Assembly (NCBI GenBank): GCA_036272055.1
Contig: DATAZL010000054.1
Location: forward strand, 33,219-97,218
Reading direction: 5' to 3'
DNA: 64,000 bases
Source of the DNA: Polyangiaceae bacterium
Lineage (GTDB): Bacteria; Myxococcota_A; Polyangia; Polyangiales; Polyangiaceae
A model generated the notes under the pieces. It ran no database searches, was not told where the DNA came from, and worked only from the letters and a program-made list of their open reading frames with translations. The position numbers and the translations under genes were made by a program. Positions 43,611-54,164 of this stretch are shown one piece after another. Within the stretch, counting starts at the first letter, position 1, and each line of letters opens with the position of its first letter.

Positions 43611-44246
43611 ATGATGAAGAGCTACGTCCGTGCCGTTGCACCCGAGCCGGTCTGGAAATTCGCGAAGAACGTGTCCGTGCTCGCCAAGCGCGCCGTCCTT
43701 TACGACAGCCGGAACTGGCTGAGAATCAAGCAGATCGAGGCCTGGAAGGCCTTCTTTGCCGAGCGCGCGCCCCTCGGAACGATCCTCGAGATCTCCCCCG
43801 GCGGCAACGATACGTGGTCACGTCTGCCGTGCGCCGGGTACCGTACGGTGAGCTATCCCTCGTTCGACATCTCGCGCGAGGCGCTCGACGAGCAGTTCGA
43901 CTTCGTCATCGCCGACCAAGTACTCGAGCACGTGGCGGCGCCGCTCGACGCGCTCAGGAACATTCGCAAGATGGTCCGCCCGGCCGGGTACGCCATCATC
44001 GCCACGCCGTTTCTGTTTCGTGTTCACGCGCGCCCGCACGACTACTCACGGTGGACGGAGTCGGGTCTCGTGAACCTCCTCGTCGAGGGAGGCTTTCAGC
44101 GGGACGACATCGTGTCGTCGGCATGGGGCAACAAGGCCTGCGCCCGTGCACACATCGGCGGCCCCGTCCGCGACTACGGCTGGTGGCGCGATCTATCGAA
44201 CGATCCCGAATATCCGCTACAGGTCTGGTGCTTTGCGAAGAAATGA
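43611..44246 (+). CDS. Class I SAM-dependent methyltransferase
   Basis: ATG at 43611 is preceded by AGGAGG. Contains ILEISPGGND (motif I-like) and DFVIADQVLEHVAAPLDALRNIRKMVRPAGYAII. Confidence 0.75.
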   Translation: MMKSYVRAVAPEPVWKFAKNVSVLAKRAVLYDSRNWLRIKQIEAWKAFFAERAPLGTILEISPGGNDTWSRLPCAGYRTVSYPSFDISREALDEQFDFVIADQVLEHVAAPLDALRNIRKMVRPAGYAIIATPFLFRVHARPHDYSRWTESGLVNLLVEGGFQRDDIVSSAWGNKACARAHIGGPVRDYGWWRDLSNDPEYPLQVWCFAKK

Positions 44247-44253
44247 GACCGAC

Positions 44254-44286
44254 GTCGGCAGCACCGCTGGAGCGGCTGCTGCCGAC
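44254..44286. terminator. Strong stem-loop between convergent genes
   Basis: GTCGGCAGCACCGC-TGGA-GCGGCTGCTGCCGAC forms a stem of about 14 bp with one bulge. It lies 8 nt after the stop at 44246 and 18 nt before the stop at 44304. Confidence 0.5.
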
Positions 44287-44303
44287 ATCGTCGAGGTCAG
44301 AGC

Positions 44304-45191
44304 TCAGCGCGCGTCGCGATTCTTGCGACGCCTGAGGAAGAGGCTCCCGCCGAGCAGCGCGGCGAACCAGAGCCCGCCCTTCGCGGGAGTCGACGGCGCG
44401 AAGGCGCAGCTCACCGACGTCTTCGTCGTTTTCGCGGCGTCGTCTGCCTTCTTGGTCACCGTCTTCACGGTGGCGTTCACGTCGACGTCGACGTTGATGT
44501 CGATGGAGACCGCGGAAGCGAGCTCGTCCGCGCAGTCCTTGAGGTCGCTCGCGTCGACGAATTCGCCGTTACAGACGATCGCGCCGCCCTTGTCGGTACA
44601 GCTCTTCGTGCATTCCTGACGGGTCGTCGTCTTGCACTGCTCCCACTGGGTCGTCTGGCAGTCGACCTGGCACTGGGTGTTCGATTTCGACGTGCAGGAG
44701 CCCGTGCACGCCGTCGTGCACTTCGGCGCACAGTCCGTCATCTGGTCGTCGTCGTGGCACTTGTCCTCGCACTGCTTGTTGCACGTGTACGGACAGGCAT
44801 GCTTGCAGCACTCCGGACTCGCCGCGCTGTCGCACTTCGTGTTGCAGTCCGACATGCAGTCCGACCGACAGATGTCGTCCGACGTCTGCATCGGCGTGGC
44901 CGTGCACTCGGTCTGACAGGTGGGCGCGCAAGTCTGGGTGCAGTCCGTCGTCTCCGTCATGGAGCAGTTGCTGTCGCACATCGTGTACAACATCGCCGTG
45001 CACGACTCGTCCACCGAGACCGTCTTGCACGTCTCGGTGCAGTCCTCGGCCTTGTGAAATTCGCAGGATGCGTCGGCAGAGAGGAAGATCCCTCCGCACT
45101 TTTCGAGCTCCGCGTGCGCCGCGGGAGCGATCGCCAGCATCGCGGCGAGTGGTGCTGCAGCCGCGAGAAACCTAAGCGTCTTTGAATTCAT
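44304..45191 (-). CDS. Hyper-cysteine CxxxC-repeat secreted protein with MYXO-CTERM-like sorting tail
   Basis: ATG at 45191 is preceded by AAGGAG. Signal peptide ...IAPAAHA. About 33 Cys, mostly spaced C-x3-C (CTQTCAPTCQTEC, CRSDCMSDCNTKC, CAPKCTTACTGSC). C-terminus: SVSCAFAPSTPAKGGLWFAALLGGSLFLRRRKNR. Confidence 0.75.
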   Translation of the reverse strand: MNSKTLRFLAAAAPLAAMLAIAPAAHAELEKCGGIFLSADASCEFHKAEDCTETCKTVSVDESCTAMLYTMCDSNCSMTETTDCTQTCAPTCQTECTATPMQTSDDICRSDCMSDCNTKCDSAASPECCKHACPYTCNKQCEDKCHDDDQMTDCAPKCTTACTGSCTSKSNTQCQVDCQTTQWEQCKTTTRQECTKSCTDKGGAIVCNGEFVDASDLKDCADELASAVSIDINVDVDVNATVKTVTKKADDAAKTTKTSVSCAFAPSTPAKGGLWFAALLGGSLFLRRRKNRDAR

Positions 45192-45247
45192 GTAAGTCTC
45201 CTTCGCGCGTCTCGAGCCCTCGTCGGATCGCGCCCGGCCAGCTGCTC

Positions 45248-45263
45248 TGCAGATCGCGTTCCA
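45248..45263 (-). promoter_or_regulatory. Candidate sigma-54 promoter for the Cys-rich MYXO-CTERM gene
   Basis: The minus strand reads TGGAACGCGATCTGCA versus TGGCACG-N4-TTGCA (2 mismatches, correct GG/GC spacing). It lies 57 nt upstream of the ATG. Confidence 0.4.
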
Positions 45264-45431
45264 TGAGTATGGACGCCGTGCGTCACCTGCTCGTGCGACG
45301 GATCTCGCGCGTTTAGCGGCAACTGCACGTGACGGGATGCGCGCCCATGCGCACCACCCCCCGTCACGCACCCGTTTTGTCTCGCCACGTCGCCGTCGAG
45401 CGTCGTGGCACTTCGTCTCAGAGCGACGCGT

Positions 45432-47837
45432 CTAGGACGGCATCCACGCGAGTGCGACGAGCTGGACGTCGATCGCCGTCTTCTTCGGCTTGAGCACGAC
45501 TGCCTCGAGGGGTTCGTCCGCGGAGGCCTTCGCGCCGAGCTCGGCGACCTCGGCGTTCAGCTCGTCGGAGAGCTCCTGACGTCGCGCCTTCAGGGTCTCG
45601 AGGCTCTCGGCCGCGGCCGCGACGTCGCCGCTCTCCTTCGCGATGCGATTGGCGCCGCGGATGGCGCTCGAGGCCCGCCCGATGGTGCGCTGATTGACGA
45701 CGCTCTTGCCCGTGAAGGCACCGAGCAACGCGGCCCCGAAGGACAGCACCGTCGCGAGCTTGGCGTCGGTCGCCTGGGCCTGCTCGCGCCCGACCTGGGC
45801 CTCGGCCTTGCGGAGCTTCTCGTCGAGCTGAGCGAGCCGCGGCGTGTACTTCTCCTTGAGGTCCGCGACGCGCTGATCACGGGATTCACGGAGCTGATGC
45901 ATGATGCGCAGCCTGAATTCCTGTTCGCTCTCCCCGGGGTTCGAGACGAGGCCGGTGCTCGCGCTCTGGAAGAGCGAGAGGCGCGCAGCGCTCGCCAGAT
46001 ACGTCTTCAGATCTCTCGTCCAGGCCGCGTACTTCTTCGTCGTGGCGGCGAGCGGCGGCAGGGATGCGAACTGCCCCGTCGGCAGCGGCTCCTGCGGGAT
46101 CTGCTCGAGCGCGACGGCGAGGCGCTGGCCGCGCTCCCACGCCACCGGCACGGCTTCGCCGGTGATGGGCGTGACGACGACCGTCACGTCGACGAAGTCT
46201 ATCTTCGACTTCGGGTCGGAGTACGTCACCTTCGCGGCGCCGAGCAGCATGGGCGTGTACGTGATGGCACCGGCACTCGCCGCCTCGAGCGGCAGAAAGA
46301 GCTGGACGATCTCTGTGGGCAGGGCGGGGCGGTCGGCAGCACCCGTTGCCGTCGCGGTCGCGCCTCGCGTCGTGGCGGTCGTGGTCGCCGCCGGCGTGTT
46401 CGCGGTGCTGGCCGGGGCTGAAGTCGCGCCGCGCCGCGCGTCCGTCAGCCGCTTGATCTCGTTCCGCGCGAGCGGTCCGCGCAGATAGCTCATCGCGAAG
46501 CGCGACTCGAAGATCACCGGGCCTCCGGCGTGGACGTTGTTCATCAAGAATTGACGCGCCTCGAGCTTGGCGAGGAGCGCGCCGAGCTCGACGCCGCCGA
46601 GATGCGCACCGGCGTCCGACGCCGCCAGGCCCTCGATGATGCGCGCCTTGTCGCGCTCGGTCTGGAGCCGCCCGATGAACCAGGTGCCGGCGTTGGAGAG
46701 GCCCTTGTAGTCGAGATCTACGGGGTTCTGCGTCGCGAGCACGACGCCGAGCCCGAACGCGCGCGCCTGCTTCAGGAGGGTGAGCAGCGGCTTCTTCGAC
46801 GGCGGGTTCGCGACCGGCGGGAAGTACCCGAAGATCTCGTCCATGTAGAGGATGGCACGGAGGCTCGTGGTCCCCGACTGGGCTCGCATGAACGACAGGA
46901 GCTGATTCAGGAGGAGCGTGACGAAGAACATGCGCTCCGCGTCGCCGAGGTGCGCAATCGAGAGCACCGAGACGCGCGGCTTGCCGGCGGGCGTCGCGAG
47001 GAGCGACGCGACGTCGAGCGGCTCGCCCTCCATCCATGCGGCGGAGCCGGGCGCACCCAGGAGGTTGTTCAGCGCGAGCATCAGCGCGAACCGATCCTTG
47101 GTTGGGTAGAAGGACTCCAGATCGAGGACGCCGATCTTGTCGACTGGTGGTGACTGCACCTGGCGGACCAGCGTCGGCAGATCGACGTCGGTGCCGGCGC
47201 TCCACGCTCGCTCGAGCAAGGTCGAGAGAAGGATGTGTTCACGACTCTGCATCGGCTCGGCGGCGATGCCGACGAGGCCGCAGAGGCCCGTCACCGTCGA
47301 GGCGATGCGGTCACGGAAGAGCTCCGCGTCCTCTCGCACCTCGGGGCGCGGCGCCGACAGCGATTTCAGGATCGAGAGCGGTAACCCGGCGCTGCTGCCC
47401 GGCGTGTAGATCGCGAAGTCCGCTGCATCGCGGAGCCTCTGGATGCGCGCACCGTCCATGCCCCACTCGGCGAGCCCGGCGCGCCAGCGTCCCGCGACCT
47501 TCTCCGCGTACTGGTCGACGGGCATTCCCTGCTTCGCGGCGTCCCCCGGGTCGACCCAGGGCGCGAAATCCGATCCGGCGAGTCCGGGGAACGTGAGTAA
47601 CAGGTTCCCGAGGTCGCCCTTGGGATCGACGGCGATGACCGGGATGCCGTCGATCGCCGCCTCTTCGAGCAGATCGAGCACGAGGCCCGTCTTCCCGCTG
47701 CCGGTCATGCCGACGACCACCGCGTGCGTCGTCAGATCGTTCGACTCGTAGAGCAGGAGCTCCGAGGTCGGCGCCCGGGTCGCCGGATCGAGCTGCCGAC
47801 CGAGATAGAACAGCCCGAGCTTCTCGAAATCCGTCAT
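45432..47837 (-). CDS. P-loop NTPase of the HerA / YjgR(DUF853)-like type with a long C-terminal extension
   Basis: 801-aa ORF with Walker A VVGMTGSGKTG, DPKGDLGNL and Walker B ILYMDEIFGYFPP. After about residue 470 it has a Thr/Ala linker, an unknown domain and a coiled-coil tail. Confidence 0.85.
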   Translation of the reverse strand: MTDFEKLGLFYLGRQLDPATRAPTSELLLYESNDLTTHAVVVGMTGSGKTGLVLDLLEEAAIDGIPVIAVDPKGDLGNLLLTFPGLAGSDFAPWVDPGDAAKQGMPVDQYAEKVAGRWRAGLAEWGMDGARIQRLRDAADFAIYTPGSSAGLPLSILKSLSAPRPEVREDAELFRDRIASTVTGLCGLVGIAAEPMQSREHILLSTLLERAWSAGTDVDLPTLVRQVQSPPVDKIGVLDLESFYPTKDRFALMLALNNLLGAPGSAAWMEGEPLDVASLLATPAGKPRVSVLSIAHLGDAERMFFVTLLLNQLLSFMRAQSGTTSLRAILYMDEIFGYFPPVANPPSKKPLLTLLKQARAFGLGVVLATQNPVDLDYKGLSNAGTWFIGRLQTERDKARIIEGLAASDAGAHLGGVELGALLAKLEARQFLMNNVHAGGPVIFESRFAMSYLRGPLARNEIKRLTDARRGATSAPASTANTPAATTTATTRGATATATGAADRPALPTEIVQLFLPLEAASAGAITYTPMLLGAAKVTYSDPKSKIDFVDVTVVVTPITGEAVPVAWERGQRLAVALEQIPQEPLPTGQFASLPPLAATTKKYAAWTRDLKTYLASAARLSLFQSASTGLVSNPGESEQEFRLRIMHQLRESRDQRVADLKEKYTPRLAQLDEKLRKAEAQVGREQAQATDAKLATVLSFGAALLGAFTGKSVVNQRTIGRASSAIRGANRIAKESGDVAAAAESLETLKARRQELSDELNAEVAELGAKASADEPLEAVVLKPKKTAIDVQLVALAWMPS

Positions 47838-47901
47838 GACGCCGAGCCTAGTCGTGATCGCATAACGACAGGACGGCGAACGATCTGCTAGTCGGACGAC
47901 G

Positions 47902-49752
47902 CTACTGATTGAGGCCGTTCGGGACCGTGGTGTCCCAGAAGTCGCACTTGGCTTTCTTGTAGCCGGTCTGGGCGGCGGACGTCGGGAGGTCGAGCTTCAT
48001 GTTCTGGTCGCCAGCGGTCGTGTACTTGGGCCACTTCGGCGAGGTGCCGCCGTTCGGATCGCCGGTGGTGGCGAACGTCGTCCAGTAGCTGCGCATCAGG
48101 GTGCCGAGCGGAAGCTCGTCGGTCTGCGGCGGATCGAGGGGGAAGTCGGTGCCGAAGACGTAGCCGAGCTCGGAGGAGTGGAAGACGCCGAGATCGGCGA
48201 CGAGCGGCTTCTCCGGCGTGTGGGCGAAGGCGTAGAGGTAAACGTCGACGCCGCTGTCGCTGATGGCGCGGGCAAAGCGTCGCGCCGGGCAGACGAAGAA
48301 GGCGTCCGTCGCGAGCTCGTTCAGCGCGTCGTTCGCCGTCTTGAAGGCGCTCGACGGATACTGCGCGACGATGCTCGCCGCCGCGGCGCCGAAGGTACGG
48401 TCGAGGGCGGTCTGGTACTCGCCGTCGTTCGCAACGGGGACGCCGCCGAAGAGCGCCGGTGACGTGAAGAGCGTGCCCTCGTTCAGGTTCGTCCCGAGGA
48501 GCAGCGGAACCTTGGCCGATGCGGCCCCCGCCGTTCCGATCGGCACCGGGATCACGACGCCGTCCTCGACCGGGCCCCAGGTGTTCGACTGAGGGACTCC
48601 GGCATCCGTCCCGCCGTCGGCCGCGCCGGCGCGGGTGCCCTGAAAGAAGAGACCCCCGGGGAGGCTCGCGGCGGGCGACGCCTTGATGAGGTCGTCCGGG
48701 GACACGCCGCGGAGGCAGGTGAGCACCGTCGCCGGATCGGTGCAGCCGACGGTCTTCGCGAACGACTCGCCGCTCAGATACTGATCGTCGCGTTTCGCAT
48801 CGATGAGGCCGTCGCAGAGCCCGCTCTCGGAGATCGCGCCGGCGAAGAGACCGGCGCTGTCGGGAGCGACGAGGTGCGCGCACACGCTCTGCCCGCCGGC
48901 GGACTCGCCGAAGAGCGTGACCTTCGCCGGATCTCCGCCGAACGCGCCGACGTTGTCCTTGACCCACCGGAGCGCGGCTTGCTGATCTTCGAAGCCGTAG
49001 TTGCCCGACGTCGGGTGCGTCTTTTCCTCGGCGGTGAGGGCGGGGTGCGCGAGAAAGCCGAGCGCACCGAGGCGATAATTGAGCGACACCACGATGACCT
49101 TGCCCTCTTCGACGAGGGGCCCGCCGTCGTAGTACGTCTCGCCGCCGCTGCCGAAGATGAAGGCGCCGCCGTGGAACCACACCATGACGGGCAGCGGCGA
49201 TGCCGGCGGCGGATCGGGCATGAACACGTTCACGACGAGGCAATCTTCGTCGCTCCGCGGATCGGCGTCGGTGCCGCCGGTGGCAATCTGCGGGCATACC
49301 TTGGGTGCCGCCGTCGCGTCACGCGGCGTCGTCCACGGCGTGACGGCTTGCGGTGACTTCCAGCGATTCTTGCCGGTCGGCGGCGCGGCGTAAGGGATGC
49401 CGTAGAAGGCACGGACCTTCCCGTCGAGCTTTCCGACGACCACGCCGTCCTTCGTGGTCACGTCGAAGCGCGGGCCGCCGCCGTCACCGCCGTCGGTGAT
49501 GCTACCGCCGCTGCCAACGACCTTGCCGCCGGCACCCGCCGCGCTGCTGCCGCCTGCGCCGCCCTTGCTGCCTCCCGCGCCGGTGCTGCCTCCCGTGCCT
49601 GCCTCGACGGCGCCGCCGTCGTTGCCGGACGACTTCGAGTCGCTGCTACATGCCGCGACGAGCAGCGCGACGAACGCGAGGTGCGGAAGGACGGAGTGAC
49701 GCGCACTCGTGCGCGTGGCGGACAGAACCAGGCGGATGACGGTGTTGGTCAT
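47902..49752 (-). CDS. Secreted lipoprotein carboxylesterase, type B
   Basis: ATG at 49752 gives MTNTVIRL...LLVAAC (lipobox), followed by a Gly-rich linker. Motifs: EDCLVVNVF, WFHGGAF and the FGESAGG nucleophile motif. Confidence 0.9.
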   Translation of the reverse strand: MTNTVIRLVLSATRTSARHSVLPHLAFVALLVAACSSDSKSSGNDGGAVEAGTGGSTGAGGSKGGAGGSSAAGAGGKVVGSGGSITDGGDGGGPRFDVTTKDGVVVGKLDGKVRAFYGIPYAAPPTGKNRWKSPQAVTPWTTPRDATAAPKVCPQIATGGTDADPRSDEDCLVVNVFMPDPPPASPLPVMVWFHGGAFIFGSGGETYYDGGPLVEEGKVIVVSLNYRLGALGFLAHPALTAEEKTHPTSGNYGFEDQQAALRWVKDNVGAFGGDPAKVTLFGESAGGQSVCAHLVAPDSAGLFAGAISESGLCDGLIDAKRDDQYLSGESFAKTVGCTDPATVLTCLRGVSPDDLIKASPAASLPGGLFFQGTRAGAADGGTDAGVPQSNTWGPVEDGVVIPVPIGTAGAASAKVPLLLGTNLNEGTLFTSPALFGGVPVANDGEYQTALDRTFGAAAASIVAQYPSSAFKTANDALNELATDAFFVCPARRFARAISDSGVDVYLYAFAHTPEKPLVADLGVFHSSELGYVFGTDFPLDPPQTDELPLGTLMRSYWTTFATTGDPNGGTSPKWPKYTTAGDQNMKLDLPTSAAQTGYKKAKCDFWDTTVPNGLNQ

Positions 49753-49868
49753 GTGATTTCGCGACTTCGAGTATCGCGACCATGTTTCCGCCGCAATGAG
49801 CACTTTGGCTGTCCGGGAGGCGCGCTTCTTTCTGATGCGGCGTGCTAAGTTCCTGGACGAGACGCGTC

Positions 49869-51266
<1,398 letters not shown>

Positions 51267-51269
<3 letters not shown>

Positions 51270-51390
51270 TAGGGGGCCTTGGCCCCCCGTAGCTTCGCCT
51301 TCGGCGAACTGCTGCCCCCGCCGCTTCGCGGGCTCGCTCTGCTCGCTTAATTCTCCAGCTCTTTCGTGCTTCGGGAACGAGAGCCGCCCT
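51267..51390. repeat. Structured intergenic repeat, copy C
   Basis: TAGTAGGGGGCCTTGGCCCCCC GTAGCTTCGCCTTCGGCGAACTGC TGCCCCCGCCGCTTCGCGGGCTCGCTCTGCTCGC...CTCTTTCGTGCTTCGGGAACGAGAG. It fills the gap between convergent genes. Confidence 0.85.
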
Positions 51391-51393
51391 TGC

Positions 51394-52656
51394 TTAGTAC
51401 AAAATACGCGTCCGGATGCTCGTCGCGAGGCTCGCGATGCCTTCGCAGACCTCCTTCGAGACGTCGTGTTCGAGGTCGGTGACGAGATAGCCGATCTCGG
51501 AGTCGGTCGACAGCGTCTGTCCGAGGATGTTTGCGTGGAGCGACGAGACGATGTGGTTCACGTCGCGGAGCACGCCGGGCACGTTGCGGTGCACGTTGAG
51601 GATCCGGTGCGCGCCGGGAGTGTGCGGCATCTCGATCTGCGGGAAGTTCACCGCGCCGCGCGTCGTCCCGTGATTGACGAACTTTAGGAGCGACGTCGCG
51701 ACCTCTTTTCCGATCGCCTCTTGCGCTTCCCCGGTCGAGCCGCCGACGTGAGGCGTGAGGACGACGTTGGGCAGGTTCTGCAGTTCGGTGACGAAGCCGT
51801 CTCCGTTGGACTCCGGCTCCTCGGGGAAGACGTCGATGGCCGCTCCGCCGACCTGGCCTCGCTTGATCGCGTCGGCGAGCGCCGGGATCTGAACGACGGT
51901 GCCGCGGCTTGCGTTCAGCAGGTACGCGCCGCGCTTCATCTGCGCGAGCTGCTCCGCTCCGATCATGTTCTGCGTCTCGCGCGTGGCGGGGACGTGCAGG
52001 GTGACGAAGTCCGACTCGGCGAGGAGCTCAGGCAGCGTCGTGCAAGCGCGGTTATTGCCCATCGAGAGCTTCGTGGTGCGGTCGTAGAAGACGACCCGCA
52101 TACCCATGCCCTCGGCGAGGACGCCGACCTGTCTACCGATGTGGCCGTACCCGATGATGCCGAGCGTCTTGCCGCGGATCTCGTGGCTCTGGGTCGCGAG
52201 CTTGCGCCACTTTCCGGCGTGCACCTCGCGCGAGCGATCGCCGATCTGGCGGGCGAGGACGACGATCTCCGCGATGATCATCTCGGCGACGCTGCGCGTG
52301 TTGCTGAACGGCGCATTGAACACCGGGACACCGCGGGCGTTCGCCGCAGCGAGGTCGACCTGGTTGGTACCGATGCAGAAGCACCCGAGCGACAGGAGCC
52401 GCTTCGCGTTTCCGAGGACCTTCGCCGTCACCAGCGTCTTGCTGCGGATGCCGAGCACCTGCACCTGCTCGATGCGGGCGCCGAGTTCGTCCTCGCTGAG
52501 CGCGGTGGCGACGGATTCGACCTGGAATCCGTCGTGCTCGAAGAGCTTGATCGCGCTCTCGTGAATGTTCTCGAGGAGGAGAACCTTGATCATCTCCTTC
52601 GGGTACGACGAGGAGCGCGAAGGGGCTGCGTTGGCCATGAAGGGAGCGCCGGGCAT
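51394..52656 (-). CDS. serA: D-3-phosphoglycerate dehydrogenase (long form with ACT domain)
   Basis: 420-aa ORF. IKVLLLENIH, GIIGYGHIGRQVG (NAD fold), HVGGST, and the C-terminal ACT-like HRILNVHRNVPGVLRDVN. Confidence 0.9.
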   Translation of the reverse strand: MPGAPFMANAAPSRSSSYPKEMIKVLLLENIHESAIKLFEHDGFQVESVATALSEDELGARIEQVQVLGIRSKTLVTAKVLGNAKRLLSLGCFCIGTNQVDLAAANARGVPVFNAPFSNTRSVAEMIIAEIVVLARQIGDRSREVHAGKWRKLATQSHEIRGKTLGIIGYGHIGRQVGVLAEGMGMRVVFYDRTTKLSMGNNRACTTLPELLAESDFVTLHVPATRETQNMIGAEQLAQMKRGAYLLNASRGTVVQIPALADAIKRGQVGGAAIDVFPEEPESNGDGFVTELQNLPNVVLTPHVGGSTGEAQEAIGKEVATSLLKFVNHGTTRGAVNFPQIEMPHTPGAHRILNVHRNVPGVLRDVNHIVSSLHANILGQTLSTDSEIGYLVTDLEHDVSKEVCEGIASLATSIRTRILY

Positions 52657-52753
52657 TGCGCAGAAAGCTGTACGCTACGCATCGCGTTAATTCAAGCAAC
52701 GCGCGCGTTTCAGCGTGGTTCCGGAACCGTGCGCCGGTCGAGGTACCGCTCCG

Positions 52754-53476
52754 TCAGGGCGCGAGCTCCCATGGGTACGTGAAGTCGATGCTGTCCGCCC
52801 CTTTCGGCGGCGCTGCGAACGCGACGGAGAGCATCGACTGCTCGACGCAGGTCGCGAACTCGGTGTCGTCGAGGGTCGAGCCCTTCGCGAACTTCACCGT
52901 GTCGACGACGCCCCCTACCGACGGATCTCCCACCACGTTCACGTCGAGGATGACCTTGCCGGCCTGCCCCGGATGACGGCGCAGAAGATCCTCGTAGCAG
53001 CTTCCGAGGAGCGGGCTGAACTGCTTGCGCACGACGTCTTTTATGTAGTGCCCGAGCGCCTCGTCCGCCTGGTTCCCGGAGCCCGACGCCGCGGGCATGA
53101 AGGGGCTACCGGTGTCCACCGCGGACGGTACCGGCGAGGCCGTCTTCGCCGGAGCTACTGCTCCCGGGCGGGTGAGCGGCGCGGCTGAGGCCGCGAGCGC
53201 CGTTGCGTGCGCGGCGTGCAGCGTTTTCAACTCGGCGCGAATCGAGTCCGCGTGCGCGCGCCCAGCGGCGAGGCGAATAACGGGGTCCGGACTCGCGCTC
53301 GTAGCCGTGTTCGGCGCTGCCACAGCCGCGCTCGGGGCAGTGCTCGCGCCGTCCTGTCCCCTGGGCGGCGCGGTTCCGCTCGAAGCGAAGAGCCATGCAC
53401 CGAGCGCCGCCGTTGCCAGGACGCCCACCGACACGAGCCCAATGATTCCGCGACGCCGCGTCTCCCTCACGTGCAA
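52754..53476 (-). CDS. Membrane-anchored protein with AgmX/PglI-type C-terminal domain
   Basis: 240-aa ORF with an N-terminal TM helix and an Ala/Ser/Pro linker. C-terminus: LLGSCYEDLLRRHPGQAGKVILDVNVVGDPSVGGVVDTV...CVEQSMLSVAFAAPP. Confidence 0.65.
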   Translation of the reverse strand: MHVRETRRRGIIGLVSVGVLATAALGAWLFASSGTAPPRGQDGASTAPSAAVAAPNTATSASPDPVIRLAAGRAHADSIRAELKTLHAAHATALAASAAPLTRPGAVAPAKTASPVPSAVDTGSPFMPAASGSGNQADEALGHYIKDVVRKQFSPLLGSCYEDLLRRHPGQAGKVILDVNVVGDPSVGGVVDTVKFAKGSTLDDTEFATCVEQSMLSVAFAAPPKGADSIDFTYPWELAP

Positions 53477-53604
53477 GAACGTCTCACTCGTTCGCGCGCC
53501 GTGTCAACGATAACGCGAGGTGCGGCGGACGCTTCCTCGGGTCCAGAGCTTGCTCTCCTATCGCGGCGCTGGTACCGAACCGCTGCGGTCGAAAAGGATC
53601 ATTC

Positions 53605-54156
53605 ATGCGATGGATAGCAGCGCTTACTTCTTGCTCCCTTCTCGTCGTGGGCGTCGGCGCCTGCGGCTCCGATAAGAAGGACGGCAACAGCTTCAACGCC
53701 GGTGTCGACGGGAACACCATGCTCGGCAACCTCACGCCGGCACAGCAGATCACCATCTGCCAGAACCAGGCGTCGTACGTGCACGCACAGATCGACACCA
53801 CGTCGCTCATGCGATTCGTGTGTTCGCTGACGCCCGCCGTCGTGCTCGCGGCGAACGAAGACGCCTGCCAGGCGGCGATGGATTCGTGCGTGAACGGCCT
53901 GTCGCTGAAGGTGAACGTCAACGTCCCCACCACGACGGACGTCCAGACCATCTGTTCCACCTTCCCGATCACCCAGTGCTCCGGGACGGTCTCCGACTAC
54001 GAGACGTGCATCGACTCGGTCGCCAGCGTGCAGCTCGACATCGGTACGAACTACTCCTGCGGCAAGCGCGTCGATGGCGGCGCTCCCCTCGTCGGCGTGA
54101 GCGCGTGTAACGCCGTCGGCCCGTCCTGCACGGTCGCCGGCGCCAACATTCGCTGA
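53605..54156 (+). CDS. Hypothetical Cys-containing lipoprotein
   Basis: 183-aa ORF with lipobox GVGAC. No family recognised. Confidence 0.65.
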   Translation: MRWIAALTSCSLLVVGVGACGSDKKDGNSFNAGVDGNTMLGNLTPAQQITICQNQASYVHAQIDTTSLMRFVCSLTPAVVLAANEDACQAAMDSCVNGLSLKVNVNVPTTTDVQTICSTFPITQCSGTVSDYETCIDSVASVQLDIGTNYSCGKRVDGGAPLVGVSACNAVGPSCTVAGANIR

Positions 54157-54164
54157 GCGAACGG

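Noticed and set aside
43611-49752. Methyltransferase + HerA-like ATPase + neighbours as a defence system
   Set aside because: The genes lie on different strands, and I recognise no nuclease, Sir2, TIR or restriction-like partner. The methyltransferase looks like a small-molecule class I enzyme with no DNA-MTase motifs such as DPPY or PCQ. The idea is not supported by the sequence.
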